Assembly: GCA_017516965.1 (NCBI GenBank)
Contig: JAFXAP010000011.1
Span: forward strand, 61,219 to 125,218
From: Clostridia bacterium
GTDB taxonomy: Bacteria; Bacillota; Clostridia; Oscillospirales; Acutalibacteraceae
Direction: 5' to 3'
Length of the DNA stretch: 64,000 nucleotides
Shown: one piece after another, positions 16,220-25,386 of the stretch
Layout: the number at the start of each line of letters is the position of its first letter
Numbering within the stretch: position 1 is the stretch's first letter
Made by a program: the position numbers and the translations under genes
The notes under the pieces: model-generated
What the model saw: only the letters and a program-made list of their open reading frames with translations
Database searches by the model: none
What the model was told of the DNA's origin: nothing

Positions 16220-16639
16220 ATGTTTAATCTTGTAGTGTTAACAGGCCGTCTCACAGCAGACCCTGAACTTAAAACAACACCAAACGGTATACCCGTTACA
16301 ACGTTTTCCATTGCTGTAAACCGTAACTATCGTGCAGGTGAAGAACAGCAGACTGACTTTATCAACATTGTTGCATGGCGTCAGCGCGCTGAATTTATCA
16401 CCAAGTATTTCAAAAAGGGCAGTATGATTGGTATTGAAGGTTCAATTCAAACCCGTAGATATCAGGACAAAAACGGTAACAACCGTACAGCATTTGAGGT
16501 TGTTGTAAATAACGCACAGTTTGTAGAGTCAAAGCGTGATGGCGCTGCGACTGCAGGTAATGAACCAGCAGCTTTCAGCAACGCTGATGCAAGTGATTTT
16601 GCTGAGATTGGCGGTATGGATGACGATTTGCCCTTCTAA
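16220..16639 (+). CDS. ssb: Single-stranded DNA-binding protein
   Basis: MFNLVVLTGRLTADPELK.. gives the OB fold. It has an acidic C-terminal tail ending DDDLPF. Confidence 0.95.
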   Translation: MFNLVVLTGRLTADPELKTTPNGIPVTTFSIAVNRNYRAGEEQQTDFINIVAWRQRAEFITKYFKKGSMIGIEGSIQTRRYQDKNGNNRTAFEVVVNNAQFVESKRDGAATAGNEPAAFSNADASDFAEIGGMDDDLPF

Positions 16640-16663
16640 AATTTATAAAGGAGGAACTTTTCC

Positions 16664-16903
16664 ATGGAAAAGACAGATAGACCACTTCACAGAAAGCCAC
16701 GCAAAAAGATTTGTCATTTTTGCGCTGACCGTGTAGAAGCTATTGATTATAAGGATGTAGCACGCCTTCGTAAATATGTTTCTGAAAGAGCTAAGATTTT
16801 ACCTCGCAGAACAACAGGCACTTGCGCTAAGCATCAGCGCGAATTGACAACCGCTATTAAGCGCGCTCGTCAGGTTGCTTTACTTCCTTACAGCAACGAC
16901 TAA
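16664..16903 (+). CDS. rpsR: 30S ribosomal protein S18
   Basis: KKICHFC...IDYKD...[35 protein letters not shown]. Confidence 0.95.
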   Translation: MEKTDRPLHRKPRKKICHFCADRVEAIDYKDVARLRKYVSERAKILPRRTTGTCAKHQRELTTAIKRARQVALLPYSND

Positions 16904-16912
16904 TAAGTTAAA

Positions 16913-16943
16913 AAACCGACAAGTTTTGCTTGTCGGTTTTTTT
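16913..16943 (+). terminator. Rho-independent terminator after rpsR
   Basis: CCGACAAG (16915-16922) pairs with CTTGTCGG (16929-16936), followed by TTTTTTT. Confidence 0.85.
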
Positions 16944-16993
16944 GTATAACGAATACTATCAACACTGCTGGTAGTATTCGGTATACAATAATT

Positions 16994-17027
16994 AAAAATT
17001 CCAAGAACATAAAGTTCTTGGAATTTT
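16994..17027. terminator. Bidirectional hairpin terminator downstream of tRNA-Gln
   Basis: CCAAGAAC (17001-17008) pairs with GTTCTTGG (17014-17021). It is flanked by AAAAA and TTTTT. Confidence 0.65.
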
Positions 17028-17102
17028 TGGCTGGGGTGGCAGGATTCGAACCTACGAATGCAGCAGTCAAAGTGCTGTGTCTTACCGCTTGACGACACCC
17101 CA
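17028..17102 (-). tRNA. tRNA-Gln (anticodon UUG), CCA encoded
   Basis: The reverse complement folds as a cloverleaf: acceptor TGGGGTG/CACCCCA, anticodon stem CAGCA/TGCTG with loop CTTTGAC, T-arm GTAGG-TTCGAAT-CCTGC, discriminator G and CCA. Confidence 0.9.
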
Positions 17103-17246
17103 AGATATTAAACTGTAATAATCCTGCCACGTGGCAGGGTACTCTGCGCTGTGATTTTTTTCGAACACTGCGAGTGTTACCGAAAAAAATTCACTGCTCG
17201 AGACTTCATAGATTGTAAAGCCTACGCGGCTTTCCAACTACTTCGA

Positions 17247-17302
17247 CGAACCTACGAATGCAGCAGTCAAAGTGCTGTGTCTTACCGCTTGACGACACCC
17301 CA
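17247..17302 (-). pseudogene. 5' fragment of tRNA-Gln (nt 1-56 of the gene, identical to the intact copy, truncated within the T-loop)
   Basis: Positions 17247-17302 are identical to 17047-17102. Identity stops after GGTTCG, and no T-stem or acceptor 3' strand follows. Confidence 0.8.
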
Positions 17303-17318
17303 ATAGGTGTTATGTTTT

Positions 17319-17356
17319 AAAAAAGCAACCTCGGTAGAAATTTTAATACCGAGGTT
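17319..17356 (-). terminator. Rho-independent terminator downstream of tRNA-His
   Basis: AACCTCGGTA (17327-17336) pairs with TACCGAGGTT (17347-17356). On the minus strand it is followed by GCTTTTTT. Confidence 0.75.
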
Positions 17357-17362
17357 AACTTG

Positions 17363-17440
17363 TGGGGTGGTAGATGGGATTCGAACCCACGGTCTCCAGT
17401 GCCACAAACTGGCGCTTTAACCAACTAAGCTACAACCACC
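17363..17440 (-). tRNA. tRNA-His (anticodon GUG) with encoded G-1 and CCA
   Basis: Reverse complement: G-1 plus acceptor GTGGTTG/CTACCAC (one U-U mismatch), D-stem GCTT/AAGC, anticodon stem CCAGT/ACTGG with loop TTGTGGC, T-arm GTGGG-TTCGAAT-CCCAT, discriminator C. Confidence 0.85.
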
Positions 17441-17452
17441 GTAACGCAGACT

Positions 17453-17480
17453 ATTATATCATAATAATGTAATTTGTCAA
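17453..17480 (-). promoter_or_regulatory. SigA-type promoter for tRNA-His
   Basis: On the minus strand, TTGACA (complement of 17475-17480), a 16-nt spacer, then TATAAT (complement of 17453-17458). It lies about 13 nt upstream of the tRNA 5' end. Confidence 0.7.
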
Positions 17481-17545
17481 GAGATTTTTAACAAAATTAT
17501 TTAAAACCCGCCACTTTTTCAAAGCGACGGGTTTATATGTTTTAA

Positions 17546-18754
17546 TTAACCAATAAATGCGTCGTGAACGGCTTGAACAGCCTTGTCAGAAAGCTCTGTA
17601 TCTATAAGAACAGAAATCTTTGTTTCGCTGGTAGAAATCATATGAATGTTAATATCAGCATCATAAAGAGCCTCAAACATTTTTGACGCAACACCCGGGT
17701 TGCTTTCCATACCGGCGCCTACGATAGAAATTTTTGAAAGACCGTTGTTTACCTTAAGGTCTTGATAAGCAAATACGCCCTTCATTGATTCCATTGCCTT
17801 GATTGCGTCATCCATCTGCTCGTGAGATACGGTAAAGGTGATATCTTTTGTACCGTGACGGCCAACAGACTGCAAAATAATATCAACATTAACCTTGTAC
17901 TGCGCGAGTTTATTAAATAATTTAAATGCAACACCCGGTTGGTCTTTAAGACCTACAACCGAAATGGTGGTAACGCTTGTATCTTTTGCCACACCGCGAA
18001 TTAAAGTTTTTTCCATCTTAACATGCTCCTTTACAATAGTGCCGGGTTTTCTTTCAAGACTTGAAAGCACCTCAAGCTCAACATTATATTTTTTAGCCAT
18101 TTCAACCGAACGATTGTTAAGTACTTGCGCTCCAAGTGTTGCCATCTCGAGCATTTCATCATACTGAACTTCATCCATTTTAACAGCGCCCTTAACTTTG
18201 CGTGGGTCAGCAGTATAAACACCGTCAACGTCGGTATAAATTTGACAACGGTCAGCGCTCATAGCAGCGGCAATCGCAACTGCGCTTGTGTCTGAACCGC
18301 CGCGTCCCAGTGTTGTAAGATCGTCATATTTATTAAGACCTTGAAAACCAGCAACAACAATAATGTTGCCTTTTGAAAGTTCGGTTTTCATACGCTCGGT
18401 ATTAATTTTTTTGATTCTTGCTTTCGTGTGGTGAGAGTCTGTGCTAAATCCAGCCTGCCAACCAAGAAGTGAAATAACCGGACAGCCAAGTTTATCAATT
18501 GCCATAGCGAGAAGCGAAATTGAAATTTGTTCACCGGCTGTCATCAACATATCCATCTCACGTTTAAGTGGGGTAGCCGCATTGATTTCAACTGCTTTTG
18601 CAATTAAATCGTCAGTTGTATCGCCCTGAGCAGAAACAACAACAATAATATCGTTACCTTTTTTATAATCTTCTACAACTATTTCGGCAACGTTAAATAC
18701 GTGTTTGGCATCTTTTACTGAAGAACCGCCAAATTTTTTTACTATAAGTGCCAT
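17546..18754 (-). CDS. lysC: Aspartate kinase
   Basis: MALIVKKFGGSSV.., the amino-acid kinase fold, and two C-terminal ACT domains. 402 aa. Confidence 0.9.
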   Translation of the reverse strand: MALIVKKFGGSSVKDAKHVFNVAEIVVEDYKKGNDIIVVVSAQGDTTDDLIAKAVEINAATPLKREMDMLMTAGEQISISLLAMAIDKLGCPVISLLGWQAGFSTDSHHTKARIKKINTERMKTELSKGNIIVVAGFQGLNKYDDLTTLGRGGSDTSAVAIAAAMSADRCQIYTDVDGVYTADPRKVKGAVKMDEVQYDEMLEMATLGAQVLNNRSVEMAKKYNVELEVLSSLERKPGTIVKEHVKMEKTLIRGVAKDTSVTTISVVGLKDQPGVAFKLFNKLAQYKVNVDIILQSVGRHGTKDITFTVSHEQMDDAIKAMESMKGVFAYQDLKVNNGLSKISIVGAGMESNPGVASKMFEALYDADINIHMISTSETKISVLIDTELSDKAVQAVHDAFIG

Positions 18755-18766
18755 TATAATGACCTC

Positions 18767-19993
18767 CTAAAACAAGGTGTGCATAACCTTTAGTTCATCA
18801 CACTTAATGGAATTTATTTTTTTCATTAATGCGCTTTCATAATCCTGATTTGTTATAAATGCGATCTCTTTTTTGAAATCGTTTTTAATATGCCAGGTAT
18901 TATCGGAAAACGCATCATTAAACTGTTTACATAGCATATCAAAGTCATTTGACTGAATATATACATAAAGACGAACTTTTTCGTCGGGAGTAACAACATA
19001 GTCACTTGAACCATCGGCCCAATCAATATATTTACGTGCATTTAGGTGTTTTGCGCAGTCAATTACATCTGCAACAACCGCACTGGCTGTTGGCATTTTA
19101 CCGGCGCCCTTGCCGTAGAACATGACATCACCAACAGCATCACCTGTGACCATAATTGCATTAAATACACCGTCAACATCAGATAATATATGACTGCGAC
19201 TTACAAGCATTGGTTGCACATTAGCGGTGATATTACCGTTTTCGAGTTTTTTTGCGCTGCCAATAAGTTTAATAGCGCAATCAAAAGAGTCGGCATACTC
19301 AACATCAGTAAGAGTGATATCGGTAATTCCTTTGGTAGATACTTGGTCAGGATAGACATGTTTACCAAAAGCAAGCGCTGCTAAAATACATATCTTGCGG
19401 CAAGCATCATGACCGCCAATATCTGCTGTAGGATCTTTTTCAGCAAAACCCATTTCCTGAGCCAAAGCAAGTGCCGCGTCAAAATCCATATTATCTACTA
19501 TCATTTTATTTAAAATGTAGTTTGTTGTTCCGTTAAGAATTCCCTTAACCTCGGTAATTTCATTGGCGCCAAGACATTGAGCGATTGGTCTTAAAATCGG
19601 AATTCCACCACCAACGCTCGCTTCAAAAAGAAAATTAACATTTTTTTCGTTTGCAATGCTTAGCAATTCTGCGCCTTTTGCCGCAACGAGTTCTTTGTTG
19701 GAAGTTACAACGCTTTTTCCTGAAAGAAGACATCTTTTTACAAAATCATAAGCAGGATTAACTCCGCCCATAACTTCGACAACAATCTTAATGTCATCAT
19801 CCTGAGCTATTACATTAAAATCTTTTATAAATTTATCTGAATATGGAAGATTGTCAAAATCGCGCAAATCGAGAATATATTTAACGCAAATTTCATCTTT
19901 AATTTTTTCATTTATCAAAGCATTGTGCTGCAAAAGAATTTCAGCAACACCAGAGCCTACCACACCATGTCCCATAATAGCGGTATAAATCAT
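18767..19993 (-). CDS. hom: Homoserine dehydrogenase
   Basis: An N-terminal NAD-binding GHGVVGSG motif, the catalytic-domain motif ..GILNGTTNYIL.., and a C-terminal ACT-like region. 408 aa. Confidence 0.9.
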   Translation of the reverse strand: MIYTAIMGHGVVGSGVAEILLQHNALINEKIKDEICVKYILDLRDFDNLPYSDKFIKDFNVIAQDDDIKIVVEVMGGVNPAYDFVKRCLLSGKSVVTSNKELVAAKGAELLSIANEKNVNFLFEASVGGGIPILRPIAQCLGANEITEVKGILNGTTNYILNKMIVDNMDFDAALALAQEMGFAEKDPTADIGGHDACRKICILAALAFGKHVYPDQVSTKGITDITLTDVEYADSFDCAIKLIGSAKKLENGNITANVQPMLVSRSHILSDVDGVFNAIMVTGDAVGDVMFYGKGAGKMPTASAVVADVIDCAKHLNARKYIDWADGSSDYVVTPDEKVRLYVYIQSNDFDMLCKQFNDAFSDNTWHIKNDFKKEIAFITNQDYESALMKKINSIKCDELKVMHTLF

Positions 19994-20043
19994 TTTAAAC
20001 CTCCTAAAAGCTCGATTGTTTGTGTAACAATCGACATTTTGTC

Positions 20044-20072
20044 ATTATACTACACTGCTTTGTAAAAATCAA
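20044..20072 (-). promoter_or_regulatory. SigA-type promoter of the hom-lysC operon
   Basis: On the minus strand, TTGATT (complement of 20067-20072), a 17-nt spacer, then TATAAT (complement of 20044-20049). Confidence 0.6.
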
Positions 20073-20135
20073 TATTTAATTATATTATATAGATGTTTTT
20101 TGGTGATATTAATATTAAAAGGCGGTGATTTAATA

Positions 20136-21200
20136 ATGAATTTGGAAGAAAAGAAAAAATTTATTATAAATTTTATATATTTTTCTTTTTGGACGGCAAT
20201 TATATATTTATTGTTCAGGGTGGCATTATTTTATCTATTGCCTTTTTTAATGGGGCTTGTAATTGCTTGCACAGTACAAAAACCGGGAATATATTTTTCA
20301 AAAAAATTTAAAATTAAACGTGAGTTTTGCGCAGCGTTTTTAGCTGTAGTATGTTTTGTTTTTGTTGTTGGTGTAGTTTCGTTTCTTGCTTGGATAATGT
20401 ACACACAATTTAGTGAACTGCTAAATGATCTTTCGGGGTATAGCAATACTCTTATAGGTTTTTTTGAAAATTTTTATAATATTTTGCGTGATAGTTTAAG
20501 CAAGTTAAGCGAAGGTCTTCGCGGCACCTTGAATGATTTTTCTAAAAATACAATTAATGATATTATTTCAAAAATCAGTATGTTTTTATCGAGTGTTTTA
20601 ACCGGTTTTATTAAAAAAATACCGACGATATTTATAAGTATTGTTGTGACAATTGTTGCAACATGTTATATATCTAAAGATTACAATAAACTTTCGCTTT
20701 TTTTTCGAGGAATTATAAACGAAGAAAACTATAAAAAAACAATTGAATTGAAAAATATCCTAAAAGAGTGTTTTTTAAAATTTATTGTCGGATATTTTTG
20801 GCTGTTTGTTATTACCTTTTTACAACTTACTTTTGGATTTATTATATTAGGTATTAATCATTTTTTTGTTCTGGCTTTTTTGGTAGCTTTTTTAGATATA
20901 TTACCCATAATTGGTACCGGTACAATACTTATTCCTTGGGCGATTATTATGTTTTTTCAAGAAAAGTACACTTTAGGAATAGGTTTGATAATATTGCTCA
21001 TTTCTATTGTACTTGTACGTAATTTTGCTGAACCAAAAATAATTGGAAAGCAAACAGGAATAAATCCTCTATTTACACTAATTTTTGTTTTTGTTGGTTT
21101 GCGGTTTGGCGGTGTTTTTGGGATGCTTATTTTACCAATAACACTCACGGTATTATTTACATTTTACCGACGTCAATATACTGAAAACACCCTTAAATAA
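20136..21200 (+). CDS. AI-2E (PerM) family transporter, YtvI-like sporulation integral membrane protein
   Basis: A polytopic membrane protein with conserved LDILPIIGTG...IPWA and ..IGKQTGINPLFTL.. segments characteristic of the AI-2E/YtvI family. The start is taken at MNLEEKKK. Confidence 0.65.
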   Translation: MNLEEKKKFIINFIYFSFWTAIIYLLFRVALFYLLPFLMGLVIACTVQKPGIYFSKKFKIKREFCAAFLAVVCFVFVVGVVSFLAWIMYTQFSELLNDLSGYSNTLIGFFENFYNILRDSLSKLSEGLRGTLNDFSKNTINDIISKISMFLSSVLTGFIKKIPTIFISIVVTIVATCYISKDYNKLSLFFRGIINEENYKKTIELKNILKECFLKFIVGYFWLFVITFLQLTFGFIILGINHFFVLAFLVAFLDILPIIGTGTILIPWAIIMFFQEKYTLGIGLIILLISIVLVRNFAEPKIIGKQTGINPLFTLIFVFVGLRFGGVFGMLILPITLTVLFTFYRRQYTENTLK

Positions 21201-21272
21201 TAGCACCATAAATTAGCGCTTAGCATACAATGTAATGTAGATTTTTCTATATATTTATTACGGAGTGTTTTT

Positions 21273-21494
21273 ATGCAGCGCCATATTATTTCGGTAAATT
21301 CTATTACCTATGCAATAAAGGGTAGAGACCTGCTGCGAAAACAAGGATTTCGAGCATATATCGAACGTAAAACAAATGCAAATGGTAATGCTGGTTGCGG
21401 TTATGTAATAATTGCAAATGGAAATAAAAATAAAATAATTAATGCATTATTAGAAGCGGGAATAAATATTGTTGATGTTAATACTGTTGTATAG
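21273..21494 (+). CDS. DUF3343-like putative Se/S carrier protein (73 aa)
   Basis: Small protein with ..SITYAIKGRDLLRKQGF...GCGY.. (conserved GCGY cysteine motif). It sits next to a class-V cysteine desulfurase-family gene, which is the usual context. Confidence 0.6.
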   Translation: MQRHIISVNSITYAIKGRDLLRKQGFRAYIERKTNANGNAGCGYVIIANGNKNKIINALLEAGINIVDVNTVV

Positions 21495-21496
21495 GT

Positions 21497-21526
21497 AAAA
21501 AAGGCAGCCCTTTGGGGCTGCTTTTA
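21497..21526 (+). terminator. Rho-independent terminator after the DUF3343-like gene
   Basis: GCAGCCC (21504-21510) pairs with GGGCTGC (21515-21521), followed by TTTT. Confidence 0.65.
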
Positions 21527-21537
21527 TAAAGGAGAGA

Positions 21538-22665
21538 ATGATTTTGATATATTTTGATAATGCGGCAACAAGCGGTAAAAAACCACAGACGGTAATTAAC
21601 TCGGTTAACTATGCGCTTAAGAACTTATCTGCCAATCCGGGTAGAAGCGGACATTTTGCATCACAAATAGCTGCAACAGAAGTATATAAAGTGCGTCAAA
21701 AGGTAAGTGATTTTTTTGGAAGCAACGGAGCGGAGTCGGTAGTTTTTACGTATAACTGTACTATAAGTATCAATATGGTATTAAAGGGGATTTTAAAAAA
21801 TGGTGATCATATTATTATTTCCGATATGGAACACAATGCAGTTACAAGACCGCTTAATAAAATGAAAATTGATTACACAATGGCAAACGTGTCATTAGTT
21901 GATGACAAACAAACGGTTGAAAATTTTAAAAATGCAATAAGACCCAACACAAAAATGGTTTTTTGCACGGCAGCATCGAATGTTTTAGGCAAAATTTTGC
22001 CGCTTGATGAAATAGGAAAATTTTGCAAACAAAAAGGATTATTATTTGGCGTTGATGCCGCGCAGGGTGCCGGTCTAATTCCAATTAATATGAAAAAAAT
22101 GAATATTGATTTTTTATGTATTGCGGCTCATAAAGGGTTGTATTGTCCTATGGGACTTGGCATTTTAATAGCGCGAACTCCTATAAATAATACAATAATT
22201 GAAGGGGGAACGGGGACCAATTCAATTGAGCAAAACCAACCGGATTATTTGCCTGAAAAACTTGAAAGTGGAACTTTGAATTTACCTGCTATTTATTCCC
22301 TTAAAGCAGGTATCAATTTTGTAGAAAATAAAATGAATTGTATTTTAAAACACGAAAACGCTCTTGTTAAACAATTGTATGATTTGTTAAAAAAAGAAAA
22401 TGTAATTTTTTATACAAACCCATATAACTTTGGTTATGTGCCTGTAATATGTTTTAATGTTGATGATTTGCAATCGGAAAAGGTTGCAGAATTTTTAAAC
22501 AAATCGGGTTTTGCGTTACGCGCAGGATTGCATTGCGCACCAACAGCACATAAAAAAATAGGCACATTACAGTATGGAGCGGTCAGATTTTCCCCATCGA
22601 TATTTAATACCGATAAAGAGGTTTATATGTTAGTAAAAGCAATAAAAAAATTAAAAAATTTATAA
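21538..22665 (+). CDS. Class-V aminotransferase-fold cysteine desulfurase-family protein
   Basis: IYFDNAATS at the N-terminus, PLP-lysine context IAAHKGL, and C-terminal LRAGLHCAP (catalytic Cys loop). A TTG at 21544 is an alternative start with better SD spacing. Confidence 0.8.
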   Translation: MILIYFDNAATSGKKPQTVINSVNYALKNLSANPGRSGHFASQIAATEVYKVRQKVSDFFGSNGAESVVFTYNCTISINMVLKGILKNGDHIIISDMEHNAVTRPLNKMKIDYTMANVSLVDDKQTVENFKNAIRPNTKMVFCTAASNVLGKILPLDEIGKFCKQKGLLFGVDAAQGAGLIPINMKKMNIDFLCIAAHKGLYCPMGLGILIARTPINNTIIEGGTGTNSIEQNQPDYLPEKLESGTLNLPAIYSLKAGINFVENKMNCILKHENALVKQLYDLLKKENVIFYTNPYNFGYVPVICFNVDDLQSEKVAEFLNKSGFALRAGLHCAPTAHKKIGTLQYGAVRFSPSIFNTDKEVYMLVKAIKKLKNL

Positions 22666-22741
22666 AATCACTATTGATTGAGCAGAAAATATATGTTAAT
22701 ATATATTTGGAAACATATGTTAAAATAAAGGGACTGATATT

Positions 22742-23659
22742 TTGATAAATATATTTAATGCTTTGTATACGTATTGGAATCAATTTGCCTATACTATTTC
22801 CAATGTTAGAGTTTTTGACATTATTGATATTCTAATAATTGCTTATATAGTCTATAAGGCTATTGAGTTTTTACGCGAAACAAGAGCCGGACAGCTTTTT
22901 AAGGGTATTTTGCTTTTGTTAGTGCTTTATGCTTTTGCGTTGATTTTTGAATTGGCTGTTTTAAGATGGTTATTGTCTGCGGTGTTTGGTTCTGCAATCG
23001 TTGCCGTTGCAATAATTTTTCAGCCTGAACTTCGTCGTTTGCTTGAACGTGTCGGACAAACAAAAATCGGTAATTTGCAATCATTTAACAGCGAAGCTGA
23101 GCTTGTAAATTCTTCGGTTGATATTATTTGCAAAACCGCCGGTCAAATGCAAAAAAGTAAAACAGGTGTTTTGGTAGTTTTTGAGCGCAAAACACAGCTT
23201 GGTGAAATTATAAATACCGGCACAACAATTGACGCCCAGGTTAGTGAATCGCTAATAAGTAACATTTTCTTTCCAAAATCACCGCTTCATGATGGTGCTG
23301 TAGTTGTTCGTAACGGTCGTGTATATGCAGCTGCATGCATTTTGCCTCTTACACAAAGTACTGCGTTTTCTTCACAACTTGGCACACGCCATAGGGCTGC
23401 AATTGGTATGACGGAAAATTCAGACGCTGTTGTTTTGGTTGTTTCTGAAGAAACCGGTATAATTTCGATTGCGCATAATGGTGAAATTTTTAGATATCTT
23501 ACACCTGAAGATGCGGCTGAGATGATAAAGTCAAGATTGATCGATGATAATTCACAGGAAAAAGATTCTCTTATCAAGAAAGTTATCAGCAAATTTTCCG
23601 GTCTGAGAAAAGAAAAAAATGATGTGGTTTTAAAGGAGGAAGAAAATAATGACAATTAA
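22742..23659 (+). CDS. cdaA: Diadenylate cyclase CdaA
   Basis: Three N-terminal TM helices, then a DAC domain with LHDGAVVV...GTRHRAAIGMTE...VVVSEETG. Confidence 0.9.
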   Translation: MINIFNALYTYWNQFAYTISNVRVFDIIDILIIAYIVYKAIEFLRETRAGQLFKGILLLLVLYAFALIFELAVLRWLLSAVFGSAIVAVAIIFQPELRRLLERVGQTKIGNLQSFNSEAELVNSSVDIICKTAGQMQKSKTGVLVVFERKTQLGEIINTGTTIDAQVSESLISNIFFPKSPLHDGAVVVRNGRVYAAACILPLTQSTAFSSQLGTRHRAAIGMTENSDAVVLVVSEETGIISIAHNGEIFRYLTPEDAAEMIKSRLIDDNSQEKDSLIKKVISKFSGLRKEKNDVVLKEEENNDN

Positions 23660-24971
23660 AATTCCTCAAAATTTAAGGCTTGGTAATTTAATTTATAACA
23701 AAAAGTTTACAGTTTTTCTTTCGCTTATCGTTGCTTTTGGATTGTGGCTAGGTATTGCTATGTTTGAAAATCCAATTCGTGAACATGTTTTTACCAATAT
23801 GTCTGCTATAGTAACCATTGATAATACTTTTGCCGATGAAACCGGTGCGCTTGGTATTGTTTCAGATGTTGCATCTAAAAAATTTAATGTTACTGTAAGA
23901 GGTACTAATCGAATTGTTAGTTCTCTTAAGGAATCTGATATTCATTTGTACGCGTCGACAGTTGACGTTGATAAACCGGGAACCTATGAACTTGAAATAA
24001 AATCTAACAATGAAAGCAACAAAACAGGGTATGAAATTGCCTCTATTGAACCAAAAACAATCACAGTTACGTTTGATTATATTGATTCTAAAAAGTTTGA
24101 ATTAGTTCCAAAACTTGTTGGTGTTAGGGCTAGTGATGGACTTGTTGCAGAGACTCCGGTAGTTGCTAATTCAAATAAAAGTAAAATCACTATTCGTGGT
24201 CCTCGTACGGTTATGGAAAAAATCGATTCAGTCGGAACAATTGCTGAGGTAAATCGTACGCTATCAAAATCACAAACCTTTAATTCTGATATAGTTTTGT
24301 ATGATGCAACCGGCGCTCCGCTATATCGTTTTACTTCTGACGGTACCGTGTATGACCCCGGCAACAATGTTGTTACAAACTCGCATTTGACATTATCTTT
24401 TACCAGTGTAAAGGTAACACAACCAATTTCCAGAAAAAAGACTGTTAATTGTAAATTACAGTTTGTTGATTTGCCTGAAGGCCTTTCGGAAAATGATGTT
24501 AGATATACTATAAATCAAAATAGGGTTACAATAATTGGAACACCTGAAATTGTTGATAAATTAGAAGCTGTAACGTTATCACCTATAGATTTTAAAATGA
24601 TTTCTAAAGAAAATAATAAATTTGAGCTTTCGGCTGCATTGCCAGATGGTGTAAAAATTCTTGATAATGTTGAGGTATTTAATGTAGAAATCAACACCAC
24701 CACATATGCAGAAAAAGAAATTGAAATTAGTGATATCAGATGCATTAATCTTGGTGAATCTTTAAAAGCCAGGACCGATAATAACATTCGAGTAAAAGTG
24801 TGTGGTCCTGCAAATATTATTGAAAAACTGAGTGCAAATGATGTTTATATTGTTGTGGATTTAACCGATAAAATTGTCGGAGAGCACACCGTTGTGACTA
24901 CGCTTAAATCTAACGTTTACAACAACATTTGGCAAGTAGGTACAAACATTTTGACCGTAACAATTAATTAA
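23649..24971 (+). CDS. cdaR: CdaA regulatory protein CdaR (YbbR-repeat protein)
   Basis: It overlaps the end of cdaA. It has an N-terminal TM anchor and repeated YbbR-like beta modules. 440 aa. This is the canonical cdaA-cdaR arrangement. Confidence 0.8.
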   Translation: MTIKIPQNLRLGNLIYNKKFTVFLSLIVAFGLWLGIAMFENPIREHVFTNMSAIVTIDNTFADETGALGIVSDVASKKFNVTVRGTNRIVSSLKESDIHLYASTVDVDKPGTYELEIKSNNESNKTGYEIASIEPKTITVTFDYIDSKKFELVPKLVGVRASDGLVAETPVVANSNKSKITIRGPRTVMEKIDSVGTIAEVNRTLSKSQTFNSDIVLYDATGAPLYRFTSDGTVYDPGNNVVTNSHLTLSFTSVKVTQPISRKKTVNCKLQFVDLPEGLSENDVRYTINQNRVTIIGTPEIVDKLEAVTLSPIDFKMISKENNKFELSAALPDGVKILDNVEVFNVEINTTTYAEKEIEISDIRCINLGESLKARTDNNIRVKVCGPANIIEKLSANDVYIVVDLTDKIVGEHTVVTTLKSNVYNNIWQVGTNILTVTIN

Positions 24972-25026
24972 TTAATTATTTATAATTTTTACCAAATACC
25001 GCCTTTATTGCATATTATGTGATGAG

Positions 25027-25386
25027 GTGGTATTTGTGGTTAGAGAAATTTTAGTTGCTATTACTTTGATTTTTGCAGTGTGTGGCATTTGTGAGTTTAT
25101 TTACATAATTAAAATGTTTTTTATATATCCCGGTGTGCGCACGCGAAATTATTCGATTATCGTTTTACAAAAAGATTATTCGATTGAACAGTTAAACTAT
25201 ATTTATCAAAAAATAAAATGGAATGGCGATGAATTTTCGAGCGGTATCGTTGCTTTTACTGATTTACTTGAACAAAATGAGATAGATATATGTAATAAAT
25301 TTATCAGTTGCAACAAAATTTATTTATGTAATTCGAAAGAATTTTTAGATAGTGAGTATGTGAAAGGAAGGTTATTTAATGGATGA
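25027..25386 (+). CDS. Hypothetical membrane-anchored protein (119 aa)
   Basis: ORF with one N-terminal hydrophobic helix (ILVAITLIFAVCGICEFIYII). It overlaps the recD2 start. I recognise no family. Confidence 0.4.
   Translation: MVFVVREILVAITLIFAVCGICEFIYIIKMFFIYPGVRTRNYSIIVLQKDYSIEQLNYIYQKIKWNGDEFSSGIVAFTDLLEQNEIDICNKFISCNKIYLCNSKEFLDSEYVKGRLFNG

Noticed and set aside
16880-17130. 72-aa and 76-aa minus-strand ORFs
   Set aside because: They overlap tRNA-Gln and terminator hairpins, so they are artefacts of the ORF scan.
17155-17189. A long A/T-flanked hairpin considered as a bidirectional terminator
   Set aside because: In both orientations the T-run precedes the stem and the A-run follows it. 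That is the opposite of an intrinsic terminator. The runs simply extend the stem.
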